Positions 1 to 12,917 of a stretch of DNA of 64,000 bases are shown one piece after another. Position 1 is the stretch's first letter; every line of letters starts with the position of its first letter. The stretch spans positions 434,001-498,000 of the forward strand of contig NW_027191409.1 of assembly GCF_041146345.1 (NCBI RefSeq), given 5' to 3'. The DNA is from Neodothiora populina. Lineage: Eukaryota. The notes beneath the pieces are model-generated. The model did not search any database. It was not told the origin of the DNA and saw nothing but the letters and a program-made list of their open reading frames with translations. Position numbers and translations under genes: made by a program.

Positions 1-408
1 GTTCTCGCAGCCACGAATGCGGAGATAATCCGGATGGGTTGGATATATATTCCTTTCATCATGCTCAGTTCGGCGCTGATGCTCACCGTGGCTTTATTGA
101 TCAACAACATCCAGAGAAGCTATCCCGTGTACTGGTGGACAGCTAGAGATCTCAAGAAGCCGAAAGACCTGGGTGATCTGGAGAAGGTGGATTCGAATGA
201 TAGTGCGAAGGCGTTGCGCAAAGCCTCGTCTACTGTCTCGTCTAGGTGTGGAGGCGCGGAGACTATATCCATTAGTGCTCATCATATATATTGGCCAGAT
301 AGTCTACAGATTAGCGACGAGCAATTTGTCATGCTTCAGAGGTTACAGGCGGAGTTGCGGCATGGGTTGGCTTTGGACGAGAGGCCTTCAGTGTCAGGAC
401 AACATTAA
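1..408 (+). CDS. HPP family membrane protein, 3' part (5' end outside window)
   Basis: Frame open from base 1: VLAATNAEIIRMGWIYIPFIMLSSALMLTVALLINNIQRSYPVYWWT matches the last TM helix and 'NNIQRxYPxYWW' tail of fungal HPP proteins; stop TAA 406-408. Confidence 0.75.
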   Translation, partial: VLAATNAEIIRMGWIYIPFIMLSSALMLTVALLINNIQRSYPVYWWTARDLKKPKDLGDLEKVDSNDSAKALRKASSTVSSRCGGAETISISAHHIYWPDSLQISDEQFVMLQRLQAELRHGLALDERPSVSGQH

Positions 409-1568
409 GACAGTAATCAAGCTCCTATGCTCGCGGAAGGATGTGATCGGACGGGAGTGTGTTTCGTAGATCTAATAACAGAGAAACTAAAAGAATGCTA
501 GTCATGACACGCAGCAAACAATATATATCTCACCGAGCAACACAGACAGCGAGACAATATCTTGAATTGTGGCTCTGGGAGGCGCTGTAGACACACGTGA
601 TCTGAATCAGATGGAAGCTTAGAGTTCCCGATTCCATCTAGTCTCGGGTTCGGAAAGCTGTCGCCGTGTTATGTTGCACACTATAAGTATATCTCGGCAG
701 GTGTGATGATTTACTGTAGATCTTTAGTTGTGCACAAATGTCAGAGGTACAGTGCTACTGTGGTGCTGGCGTGCCGAATAGCAAAGAGGTAGCCAGCCAC
801 ATCGAGGCGCGAAAGGGAGGCGGATGCAGGGATAGAGTTTGCGCGGGTCCGCCGCACTGCATTAGCGTTTCCGCGGTAGCTAAAAGTACCTCACTCTATA
901 ATCCCCGTTGTGCATCAGACTCGAGACCTTTCGGACATTCCACCAGGGACCTGCGTTGTTGTTCGAGAGAGACACAAATTCTGACTCGCGACGCAAGAAG
1001 GTCATCGCGGATGGTCTGCGCAGAGCGCAACAGATCAACATGGCTTAGTAAAGAAAAGAAGCCGATGAATCAGTGACGATGACCGGAGATGCCGAAGAGC
1101 GCCATGTCGTATCAATGTTCAAGACAGGTAACTGTATTGGGCGCACTGTGAGATTGGAATCGTCATGGAGGAACTACGTCGGCGCCGGGTGATCTGTCCT
1201 GTCGTGCTACACTCGAGCCAAGACGCAGCTCGCCCAGCCACCTGCCACTTGCGCAAGCATAAGTAGTGGGGAATGGTAAATGTACGAAATCAGTTTGTCG
1301 ATTTGGACGCACTATTGTTTGCGATAGATCGGTGGAGGATGACTTGGGTACGACTTCTACGATAGAGCTGGGGTCGAGTACAAGCAACTGTTGTAGCTTC
1401 TCGCTTTCTCTCTCACGTGTAAGTGCCCACGTCTGGTTCAGAATGCAACGATGTTCCCCTGAGACAGCGGCACAGCGGAGTATCCGTTGAACGTTGGTCT
1501 TTAGCCTGTGGGACAAGTGTACTGTCCAAGGTGCAGACGGCCGGCTCATGGTCGAGGGTGGGTTTGTG

Positions 1569-1590
1569 GAGAGAGAGAGAGAGAGAGAGA
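1569..1590. repeat. (GA)11 microsatellite
   Basis: Directly visible dinucleotide run. Confidence 0.95.
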
Positions 1591-2945
1591 GCAGGGCAAG
1601 GATAAGGAGAGCTAGCTATCTACTGTAGTTTCTGTCAGCGGCCCAGCGTGTGTCAACGGGCGCGACTGTCAATGGGTTGTTCTTGCTGCACACATGTATG
1701 CGATCTGAAATTTGGGTAAGCGATCTTTGAGTAGGGCTTGCAAGCTTGATTGGACGCTTGGAGAAGTAATTTGGACGAGCCGAGATACGTTTCTGCTAGC
1801 GGCACAAACATACTCGAGCGTGGCTCGCTAGTTCTCCCGAGCCTCCTATCGACAAGGGCAAAACACGACTACCTTTTAGGCCATCTATCTTAGTGCTTTA
1901 GTGCTGGACCTTAACTCATCCAACGCTTCTCCTGCTTCCTGTCAAAGTGGACGTGCTACTGTACTCGTACCGCAATAGGTGCCTGTGCTTGCTGTCTCTA
2001 TCGTGGGCCACTTTCTTGTCTCCGTCTTCCCCCTCTTCTTCTTCTTTCCGAAGACGAAGACGACGACAGCTACGACGAGCAGCAGCAGCAGCAGCGGAAA
2101 GAGACGATAACACGGACGAGGCTGGGATCACGCCGTATCTTGAATCTGACTTGAGATCGGGAGCTGTGTCTTCACTTCTGGGCTTTTGTTGCTGCAGCCC
2201 AAAGGTCGCAAAGGGAAGCTTTGTTCACTGCCTTAAGGTACCTCACCTTATTCGCTTACCGACCCGCGCTTGCCAGGGAATCTCTGCTGGTGCTGGCTGG
2301 CTCGTGATTGCATTGTCAAAGGACGAGCACCTTTTACAGCGCAGCATCGGGTTTCATCTCGACTTTGGCCATTTTTTTCCCTTTTCATTTGCGCGCCTGC
2401 CTTGCCTTGCCTTGCCAACCTTTTTGTCTTTCATGCCTGTGCGTGTCGTCACAGTTTGCTGACAGCAAATCGCCGTGAAGTCGCCAGACACCTCTGCCGC
2501 CGCCGACAGGAGACAAAAGGACGGAGGAGCCATCTCTGCGTCATATAAGGAGAAGTACGACGTCCCCGAGAAGGAGGCAGTAGCCAAAGCAAGCGGCAAC
2601 AAGCACCATAATATCAACAAACATCCGCGCGAACACTCGGCGCTTTCCTCACCGCCCTCAGCTCTCTCTTCGCCCTCGTTCCCTAGTTGCTTTCTCTGTT
2701 GCTCCTGCATCTGACCTCACCGTCACCTTCACCGTCACCTGCACCTGGCGCCATCATCGTCATTGTCTCTTCTATTCGCACCCGCGATCGCTGTTGACTA
2801 TTGCTCGTGCACTCCAGCTTAGCTTCGCACCGCTCAAGCTCTACTCCACCAGGCCTGGTATACCTCACCACGCTACTGTTGCTCCTCACCCTGCCCTATA
2901 TTAGGCATTTATTTCACACTCCAACTGGAGAAGGTCGAGCGTAGA

Positions 2946-3341
2946 ATGTCTTCGGCTGCTCTGCATGCAGTGCCACCGTCCACTCAGTCATATCATGGAG
3001 CCATCCAGCAGTCGTCACCAAACATATCTCCCATCTCATCGCTCCAGGCGAGATCACCCAGTGGCTCTGCCGCTCAGAGCCCGCTTCGACCGCAGCACAG
3101 CAACCAGCAGACGCAACGGCCATCGACTGCCATGACGACCTCTACGAGTCAAGGCCACAGCCAGCCTTCCCCTTCTTCCCATGTCTCACCTGGCAGCCGC
3201 AACACCTCCTACCCTGCGCATGACTCGTCGTACTACATCGATCAGCCCGACTTTGAAGCCTCAGGTTCACCCTACTCCTCTGGGCATCGCCGTCCGCAAC
3301 CCGACGACGTGTCTTCTTCACCCTCGCGTGTCGTTGCACCC

Positions 3342-3374
<33 letters not shown>

Positions 3375-5868
3375 ACTTACCAACCGCAGTACTCGACCGG
3401 TTACGGCAGTGGTAGTGAAAGAGAAGGTACCAGAGAGAGCCCTTCTCAGCCGAGACAGCGCGACTACCCCCCGTCTTCACTGGCAGGCAGCAGCGCCCAA
3501 CAATCGCCGCCTTCACGATCTGGCCCGTCTCAGAGTCGCTCGTCCAACGCGGTAGGCCAATTGCCAATGGACACTGCTCTTCCCAGAGAGGACAGCACCA
3601 TCATCAATCGACTAGTCATTGCCGACCCCCAGGAAGACATTGAGCGTGCTCAGGCTCGCATGGCTGAGTCGCAGGGTGCGATGCCGCCGGCCGCAGCGCC
3701 TGGTGTCGATGAAAGCTCGAGGGCTGGTCCCAGGAGCAGACAGGAACACCTCAAGACTAGCCAGCCGAGAAAAGAGACCAAGTTTGGCGAGTACATCCTT
3801 GGCCAGACAGTGGGAGAGGGCGAATTTGGCAAAGTAAAAATGGGCTGGAAAAAAGACGGCGGAGTGCAGGTTGCTATCAAGCTTATTCGAAAAGAAAGCC
3901 TTGGAAACAACCCCAACCGCCTGCCCAAGATCTACCGCGAGATTGCCATCTTGAGAGAATTGAAACACCCGAATATTGTACGTTTGCACGAGATGGTCGA
4001 GACAGAGCGCCATATTGGCATCATTCTGGAGTATGCGTCCGGAGGCGAATTGTTCGATTACATCCTCAACCACCGTTACCTCAACGACAAGGCAGCGCGA
4101 CGGCTCTTCGCCCAATTGGTGTCTGGCGTGGGCTACCTGCACAAGAAAGGCATCGTGCATCGTGATCTCAAGCTGGAGAATCTCCTGCTAGATCGCAACA
4201 AGAACATCATCATCACCGATTTCGGCTTCGCCAACACCTTCAATCCTGCCGATGAGCTCGGAGAGGACGTTGAGCGTGGCTTGCAGGACAGAGACTTTGT
4301 CAAGAGACATGGGCTAGATCAAATCATGCGAGACGGGCATCGCCGCGGCGATTTGATGCAGACAAGTTGCGGCAGTCCCTGCTACGCCGCCCCAGAGCTT
4401 GTCGTCAGCGACTCCCTCTACACCGGTCGCAAAGTCGACGTCTGGAGCTGCGGAGTCATCCTGGTAGGTTCAAAGTGGCTGCACATGTGCCACGACGCAA
4501 TGGCTAACATCTGTGTAGTATGCAATGCTCGCCGGCTACCTGCCTTTCGACGACGATCCAGCCAACCCTGAAGGAGACAACATAAATCTCTTGTACAAGT
4601 ATATCGTCACCACACCTCTGACATTCCCCGAATATGTTACGCCGCACGCCCGCGACTTGTTGCGCCGCATCCTCGTACCCGATCCGAGAAAGAGAGCAGA
4701 TCTGTTCGAAGTCGCTCGTCACAGCTGGCTGTCTGAATACGCCAAGGTTGTCGAGCACGTCACCAGTGGTGCCACTACGATCGAAGACATTGTCAACACC
4801 ACTGTGCCCACAGGTAGGACTTCATATCTCCCCTCTCCCCAAGCTCTTATACTGACGGACAAAACAGAAGATCCTTACGCAGTACCTCAGCTCGGTCGCA
4901 GTGCATCTGTCAGAGAGCCGTCGAGGGCTCAACCCCCAACGTCCGCTGGCGGTCTCAGTGCGAAGCACGCTGTGCCCATCGATGTGGTCGACAAATCCAC
5001 CCAACAAAGAGAAGACAGACACAAGCGCTCAACACTGCAGGTCGAGTATGTTCCGCCAAACACCAATACTGCAAGAGGGAAGTCCGCAGTGGCGGCGGCG
5101 ACACCGACCGCGCTACCCCCATTGGAAGCTTCGCCGCCACCAGCTGTGTCTTCTGCCTCGAAAGCTCGCGCCAGAGAGGATGTGACACTCGAGTCGTTCG
5201 AGCCTGTTGCACCTTACCAATCAGCGACAGGAGGTCGCCAGCAAAGACCTGCTACGCAAGCAAGCATGGCACCACCACCACGTCCTGGACGGGAGCCTCC
5301 GCGATCTGTATCTGAATCCAATGCATTGAACATGAACCCTCCCTCAAGCAGCTCGGGCCGACCGACTACCGCTGGAACTGGTCCCACAAGACTACCATCG
5401 CGAGGCAATTCTTATGGCCAGGCTATCGCTCCAACCGTCGCTGCCACCAACGCAGAGGGACGCTTTTCTCAGCCGAAGAACTCGGGATACATTATATCTG
5501 GCTCTATGCCTGAAGGGTCCTCCAAGAGGAACTCGTACGGCGCCAGACCTGCCAGCCAGCAAACGCCAGCTGAGTTCCAAGCCCGCCCCGAGGAGCGTCC
5601 AGAGAGGTCTGCCCGAGGTCACAAGCGTTCCAACACAGTTGAGAGTATCACGAGCAAGATCTTCGGACGCACAAACTCTCGCCGGCAATCGCAAGGACAT
5701 GAGGACGCCGTTCGGCCAGAGAAGCCATCACGTGCCTACCCTCCGCTCAGCATGCGCAATGCAATGCCGAGTGATCCAGCTGAAAGGCCTCGCCCATCGA
5801 CTGATTCTGGCCGGCCATCGTTTAGCTTCAACCGGAAGACCAGTGATTATGGCAGCCAGCAACAACGA

Positions 5869-5920
<52 letters not shown>

Positions 5921-6636
5921 CGCAGCAGTCTTCTCGACAATCGAGGCGTTTCTCCTTCCTACCATCTTCTTTCTCGCGCATGAGCTTTTCTACCAGTGCT
6001 AAGAATGATTCATATGACGGAAGCAGACGTGGTTCAATGGGACCGGCGCCCCTCAGCCGTCGCAACTCGAAGATAGATCGTGGCATGGCCTTCGGACAGG
6101 GACGTAGCAGATCACCAAGTCAAAGCACGAACGGAAGCAACATCCCGGTCTTGTATGATAGCGGTATCGACAATAGACAAAGTGCTCAGCGAAGAATGCC
6201 TCAGCAACAAGCAGTGCGTGGGGCAACCGCTCCGGATTTGTCGACCTTCGATGGCGCCATGTCGCAGCAGGCGCCGCAGGCACAGCATCCTCGACAGCAG
6301 ACTCGCGTCACTGGACAGCCGGGACGCGAGAACACCCCACCACCAAGCGCTGGGCAGCATGGCAGAGGCGAGCAATTTTACACGCCGTCGCAAAGTGTCG
6401 AGTCTCAGCAAACGAGTGCCGGCACGGGTCAGCAGCAGCGTTCGATGTACCCAGCCGGGTTCAACGATCACGAGCCTGTTGCGGAATCGAGACCTGCACA
6501 GAGACAGCCAGCTGTGCTCCAGAAGAATCGCAAGTTCGGCGAGGCATATGAGCATGGCAGCAACGGTGGCAGCTCCAGCGGTGCGCGCAGAGTCATGGAC
6601 TGGTTCAGAAAACGTGGCAAGGACAGGAGTGTATGA
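2946..6636 (+). CDS. KIN4: Ser/Thr protein kinase, Kin4/Frk1/Ppk1-like (CAMK group); exons 2946-4463, 4519-4813, 4868-6636
   Basis: GEGEFGKV, VAIK, HRDLKLEN, TDFGFAN, long activation-loop insert before TSCGSPCYAAPE, and LAGYLPFDDDPANPEGDNINLLYKYI typical of the Kin4 family. Introns 4464-4518 (GTAGGT..GCTAAC..TAG) and 4814-4867 (GTAGGA..CTGAC..CAG). Poly-Q tracts flank the kinase domain. Confidence 0.9.
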
Positions 6637-7828
6637 AAGACCCGTTCTGTCGAAGTGTGAGACGATGGCACCACAAGCCTATTGGAAGTGCAACCTACAA
6701 AACCACCAACCTCTTTTTTTCCTTTTCTTTTACCCCCTTGGTCTCTTTCTTTTCATGCCTTCCTCGGAAGGATATCATTTCTTTTTAATTCACTTCGTTG
6801 ATTGCATCTATTCTGTAGCATCCCCTTGCGAACCACCTAATCTAAGTTGCGCCGGCTCAGCAAGCACATCATGTATTTTGTTCGCACTGAAGCGCGGCGT
6901 TATTGGAGGGAAGCAAGCGAACATGGGGCTTGAGCAGGCAACTTCAGTCTGGGTTATACAAGTTTCTTCCCCTTCTTTTCTGCTTTTTGTTATTGGATTG
7001 TTTTGCGAGCTTCCTTTTACCTTTTCGACATTTATCGGCCATGGCATGCACATTCGTCAGAGGGCAACACATGTTTCATCGAGCAGTTGTTTTTACCTTG
7101 GTCGTGATGCAGTCACTCGAGGCGGCAGATCGGGATGTGGAGACGTCTCGTCGCGTGCTGCAGGTCGCGACAGGGTGGTGCTGCGGAGTGAGTAGAGAGT
7201 TGCAGCTGCCTGCCGGCGGGTAGATGGGACGGAGAGTTGCTTGCAGCGGAGACGGGACGAAGAGTTCGGAGCAGATAGACACGTGTGTACTCGAGAAGGC
7301 GCGCAGATGAGCAGCGAGGAGAGAAGCGGTTTATTTGGTTTTCGTCTCTCAACATAGAAACCCATCTCTATCTTTGCTCATAGAAGCGAATCGTCCTCAT
7401 TGGTTTCTTTTGAGGTATGTGAATTGAGCTTTGCGTAGCTGAGTTCCTCTACACAGTGAATAACCTACGAAGTAGTTCAGACCGCATTGCTAAGGCGACT
7501 TGCATCGATTGCACTTGTATAAACATGTACGACAGGCTTACGAATGATAAGGTAGCTTATCTCATCGAGGATGAGTCGCTTAGAAGTACTGTACAGTAGC
7601 TCAGCTTATCTCACTAGCATTCGGATGTTGATACCCCGCACGAAGATCGCAAAAAACCCCCACATGTTCAGCTGAATTTCCATGTGTCACAACTCGCAAT
7701 TCTCCACAACTTTCTTCGTGTTTTGCACTACGAGTTACCTTGAGGTGTCAGAGCTCCGACCATAGTGTACAGAGACGCTTTGTGTTTGACCTTACCCTTT
7801 GGACATATCGTTCAATCCTGGGTTCAAG

Positions 7829-10566
7829 ATGCAGCTGTCTCCCAGAGAGGTGTGTGTCTCTTCTCTTGTTGCATACTTGACGACATGATATACGAAAAGG
7901 ACCACGGATGACTGACTTGACACGGTGTTATTCAGGTTGATAAGCTCGTCATCACGCAGCTGGGCCAGCTCGCTCAGCGACGATTGGCCCGAGGCGTCAA
8001 GCTCAACCACCCTGAGGCTGTTGTAAGTATACGACGAGATGAAAATGTTATACATGTTGGTTATAGGGATCGGAAGTCACTGACACTGTAGACAGGCATT
8101 GATCGCGAACAATCTCCAAGAGGTAATTTTCGTGCACATTTTATTTCATCGGCGACCTCCGCTGACTTGGATACGCAGCTCATTCGCGATGGCAATCACT
8201 CGGTCGCGGACCTCATGTCTCTGGGCAAATCCATGCTCGGTCGCCGTCATGTTTTGCCTTCTGTTGTGTCTTCTCTGACCGAACTCCAAGTCGAGGGAAC
8301 CTTTGTGAGCGGAACTTACCTTGTGACCGTACATGATCCGATCAGCTCTGAAGATGGAGACCTGGAGCGTGCTCTGTACGGTAGCTTTCTTCCCATTCCT
8401 GACATGAGTCACTTTCCCTCGGCGGATCCGTCTGAGTATGAGGCCGAGAAGCAACCTGGTGCTATCGTCGCTGTCAAGGAGGGAGGGCGCATCGTATTGA
8501 ACAAGGACCGTAAACGAATCAGACTCAAGGTCACCAGCAGAGGAGACAGACCCATACAGGTGGGTAGTCACTACCACTTCGTCGAGACCAATCCTCTACT
8601 CGACTTTGATCGCGTCCGAGCACGCGGCTACCGATTGGACATTGCCGCCGGCACTTCGATCCGTTTCGAGCCTGGAGACGCCAAGACGGTCACTCTGGTG
8701 CAAATCGGCGGCAACCAGATCATCAAGGGTGGTAATGGGATCGCCACTGGCCATATCCACGATGAGGCAATTGCGAATGGGTTCGCGGAGAAATTGCAGC
8801 GCATGGGCTTCCATCATACCCCTGAGCCTGGCGCGGACTCGGCTCGCATCGACATGTTCTCCATGGAGCGTGCGGCCTACATCAGCATGTTCGGACCAAC
8901 GACCGGCGACAAAGTCCGCCTGGGTGCTACCGATTTGTGGATCCAAGTAGAGAAGGATCTGAGCGTTTATGGAGATGAATGCACATTTGGTGGTGGCAAG
9001 ACCATCCGCGATGGTATGGGTCAGTGCTCAGGACGATCGGACGCCGACTGCCTGGATGTGGTGGTGACGAACGCTCTTATTGTTGACTACACCGGAATCT
9101 ACAAGGCAGATATTGGTATCAAGGATGGCATTATCGTCGGTATTGGCAAGGCCGGAAATCCCGATGTCATGGAAGGCGTGGACGACAACATGGCCATCGG
9201 AAGCAACACGGATGTCATTGCGGCAGAGAAGGACATTGTCACATATGGTGGTTTCGACAGCCACATCCACTTTATCTGTCCTCAACAGGCGCATGATAGC
9301 ATAGCATCGGGAATCACGACAATACTGGGAGGCGGAACCGGGCCCAGCACCGGTACCAAAGCGACGACATGCACACCCTCTGCTGATATCATCAAGAAGA
9401 TGCTGCAGGCTTGCGACACGATCCCGCTGAACATAGGCATCACTGGAAAAGGAAACGACAGCGAACATGAACCTCTCCGCAGTCAGGTCGAGGCAGGCGT
9501 GTGTGGACTGAAATTACATGAAGATTGGGGCTCCACTCCTAGAGCAATCGACACGTGTCTTGATGTGTGTGAAGAGTATGATGTTCAAGCTCTGCTCCAC
9601 ACGGATACCCTGAACGAGTCCGGATTCGTTGAAACGACAGTGGCAGCTTTCAAAGGCAGAGCTATCCACTCTTACCACACCGAGGGCGCGGGAGGTGGAC
9701 ACGCTCCCGACATCATCTCGGTGGTTGAACATGAGAATGTGCTACCCTCGTCGACAAACCCCACACGTCCGTACACGAAGAACACACTTGACGAGCACCT
9801 GGACATGCTCATGGTCTGCCATCATCTCTCGCGAAACATCCCGGAAGATGTTGCCTTCGCCGAGTCTCGCATTCGCGCCGAGACCATCGCGGCAGAAGAT
9901 GTGCTGCACGATCTCGGTGCCATCAGCATGATGTCCTCGGACTCACAGGCAATGGGCCGCTGTGGTGAGGTCATTCTGCGCACGTGGAACACGGCGCACA
10001 AGAACAAGGTGCAGCGAGGCTTCCTGGCCGAGGACAAGGAGCGCGGAGACGGATGTGACAACTTCAGAGTCAAGAGATACGTGTCCAAGTACACGATCAA
10101 CCCTGCCTTGACCCAGGGCATGGGCCATCTCATCGGCAGCATCGAAGTCGGCAAGCTTGCTGATCTGGTGTTGTGGCATCCGGCGAATTTCGGCACCAAG
10201 CCTGCGCAAGTCATCAAGGGTGGCATGGTGGCGTGGTCCCAGATGGGCGATCCCAACGCATCCATCCCGACGGTGGAGCCGGTCATGATGCGACCGATGT
10301 TCGGAGCGTGGATCAAGCAGAACAGCATTTCATGGGTCAGCCAGGCGGCGGTAAAGGCCGGCATTAAGGAAGAGTTAGGACTGAAGAAGAGAGTCGAGGG
10401 TGTCAAGGGTTGCAGGACGGTTGGAAAGAAGGACATGAGATTCAACGACCAGAAGCCTAAGATGAAGGTGGATGCCGAGAGGTATACGGTCGAGGCTGAT
10501 GGAATGATCTGTGAGGCCGAGCCCAGCGCGACTCTGCCGCTCACCCAGACGTATTTCGTTTACTAG
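7829..10566 (+). CDS. URE1: Urease (fused gamma-beta-alpha, ~840 aa); exons 7829-7849, 7936-8022, 8096-8122, 8179-10566
   Basis: Spliced N-terminus [50 protein letters not shown]. Ni-site motifs [39 protein letters not shown]. Confidence 0.97.
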
Positions 10567-11094
10567 ACTCGGGGGGGGGGGTGACTGCGGTGGGATGCAG
10601 TGGAGGAAGGGACATGACGGATGGGAGGATGTCAGAAGACTGCCTTACTCGACGAGGTAGAGGAGATTGACAATTTGGTTTATCACGATTTGCTCACGAC
10701 AAGGGTGTTGTATTGGACTAATGCATGCTTATCAGAGCTCAATTTTCTCTTGGGCATAGATGTTGTCTTATTGTATATGTTGACTTGCTCCACCTGTGTG
10801 ACATGTGAAAGCTTGGCGTGGATGCTTGACGCATCGTCATTATTGCTCTTCAATCACCAACGGAGCATTCACTTCTCTATTCTTCTCCATCACTACATCC
10901 GACATCAGCTTATTGCAACTTACAGCAGAAATCCATCAAACTCGGATACAGGACCCGTGAACCATCAAATCAAATCCCGACCAGACAGGAGCACACAGAG
11001 GATCTCCGATCCGGACGTCGATCCACTCCCACCTAGCTTAGCTCACACAAACCCAACAGCAAGAGACAAGCAGTCCAGCACAACACGGCCAAAG

Positions 11095-12060
11095 ATGGAG
11101 CAGAGCCGAGCGCTTAACGCCCTCCAACCCTACCTCGCCCTGTCCAAATCCGCCACATCGTCTCGAGCAGCAGCAGACGTAATCACCCAAGCGACCTCGG
11201 CACCCAACACGTACGTCTTCGCCGAGCTGCTGCTGACACGCTCGATCCAAGCGCTGAAGAACAGCGACGAAGCCGACCCGACAGGCATCAAATACTCGGC
11301 TCACCACCGCCTGCTCGAGATCTTCGCTTGGGGCACGTGGGCAGACTACAGCAGCAGCGCCACCACCAGCCTGCCGCGTCTGAACGCACAACAAGCGCAC
11401 AAGCTGCACATCCTGACCCTGCTCACCCTGGCCGCGACGACGACGGGCACCTCGTCCTCAAGCCTGACCTACGCCCGCCTCATCACATCCCTATCTCTCA
11501 CCTCGCAGCGCGACCTCGAGAAACTCGTCACAGCCGCAGTCTACAACTCGCTGCTCTCGGCAACGCTAGACTCCAAAGCGCACATGGTGCGCGTGAGCGC
11601 CGTCGCTCCGCTGCGTGATCTGGCGCCCGGAAGCGTCTCGCAGATGGTGGGAGAACTGGACGCGTGGAGCCAGAGATGCGATGCTGTGCTTGGGGACCTC
11701 GAGCTGGAGATCGAACGCGTCAGGCGCGAGGCGGCGCAGCGCAGGAAATGGCATCTTGTGCGTGAGAGGCAGATTGCTGCTGCTGCTTCGTTGACTGGTA
11801 GTGCTGCCTCGTCTTCGGCCGCAGCAGGAGGCGGCGGCGGCAGTGGGGGCGCAGGTGCAAAAGGTGGATTCGGCAAGTCGTTGGCTCACCACGGCTCATC
11901 GAGTGCAGCGTCAGCAGCAGCAGCAGCAGCAGTAGCGGCCGGCGACGTAATGGACGAGGGAGGAGACGACATAATGGACGTGGACGACGGTCCGGCGAGC
12001 GGCAGGGCCAAGCGAGGCAGTAAATCCGGCTCGAGCGGTGCAGCGGCTCGGAAAAGGTGA
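11095..12060 (+). CDS. CSN7: COP9 signalosome subunit 7 (PCI domain)
   Basis: MEQSRALNALQPYLALSKS..QATSAPNTYVFAELL, LLEIFAWGTW, KLHILTLLTLA, RDLEKLVTAAVY, APLRDL are characteristic of fungal Csn7. Start placed at ATG 11095 rather than the upstream in-frame ATG 10621. Confidence 0.88.
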   Translation: MEQSRALNALQPYLALSKSATSSRAAADVITQATSAPNTYVFAELLLTRSIQALKNSDEADPTGIKYSAHHRLLEIFAWGTWADYSSSATTSLPRLNAQQAHKLHILTLLTLAATTTGTSSSSLTYARLITSLSLTSQRDLEKLVTAAVYNSLLSATLDSKAHMVRVSAVAPLRDLAPGSVSQMVGELDAWSQRCDAVLGDLELEIERVRREAAQRRKWHLVRERQIAAAASLTGSAASSSAAAGGGGGSGGAGAKGGFGKSLAHHGSSSAASAAAAAAVAAGDVMDEGGDDIMDVDDGPASGRAKRGSKSGSSGAAARKR

Positions 12061-12917
12061 AGATGCCGAAGGGGGGTTTTGAAGCAGAAGATGTCACGAA
12101 CAGACAACAGACGAAATGGGAACAACAGACGGCGATGGTGGATCAATTACCATATACCCTCAATGCCTCCAATCCCATCATCCTAGAATGTGTCTCCACT
12201 CCTCGTGTCCACTATCATAGTATAGTCCAAAAGGAAGGAGAACGTTTCCGATAGAAAAAACCCCCCGAGGACAGGAGAAGAGCCTTGGAAGCAAAGAAGC
12301 AAAGAAGCTCGAAAGGACAAGACACCAGAACGGAGCAGTTAAGGAGAAGAAAGAAAATAAAAAGATTGAGAAAAATTGGCGTCCTGATTGTGCATATGCC
12401 ATATCCACACTTTCCTCCCTCGGCCTTGCTGTCTCTCTCTATCTTTCCACCCTGTCTCTCTCTCCATCTGTCTTCCTCTCCTCGCGGCGCAGCTGCCCTT
12501 GTTCATCGTCACAATCAGCATCTTCTTCTTCTTCTTCTTCCTCATCCAATTGGCCTCGAATCATGGATTCCCGACAGAAGGGACGAACGGAATTTCTCGG
12601 GGTTTTTTCCCCCCGCAATACAACACTGGTGATGCTTGCTGTTGATGCTGCGGATGCTGCTGCTACTGTGACGCGCTACGCTCAAGACATGTCTTTCCTT
12701 CCCTGCTCCGTAACACTCTTCTCTCTCTCTGACTTGAAGCTCGATGAACAAACAAAAAGCAAGTGGTATAAAAAGTTTCCTCTCCTCGGCCGCACACGTG
12801 CAATACCAATTCAACCTATCCCCTCGGACACACAGCACTACCACAAAAGACAGGGGTGGCTCTGACCAGAAAGAAGAAAAAGACCCGCGGTACTGCTACT
12901 TCCATCTTTCGTCCTCC

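Noticed and set aside
1947..2714. Several 80-170 aa non-ATG ORFs upstream of the kinase
   Set aside because: Low-complexity CT-rich leader/promoter sequence with no domain signal.
6080..7195. 371-aa alternative-frame ORF overlapping the kinase 3' end
   Set aside because: It runs into T-rich 3' UTR sequence and has no recognisable domain.
9822..10544. 240-aa antisense ORF in urease (and similar antisense ORFs in the Hsp70, RPO41 and kinase genes)
   Set aside because: These are shadow ORFs from codon bias in GC-rich conserved genes and show no motifs.
10621..11094. In-frame upstream ATG extending CSN7 by 158 aa
   Set aside because: It begins only 55 nt after the urease stop, the composition is UTR/promoter-like, and recognisable Csn7 sequence starts at MEQSRAL (11095).
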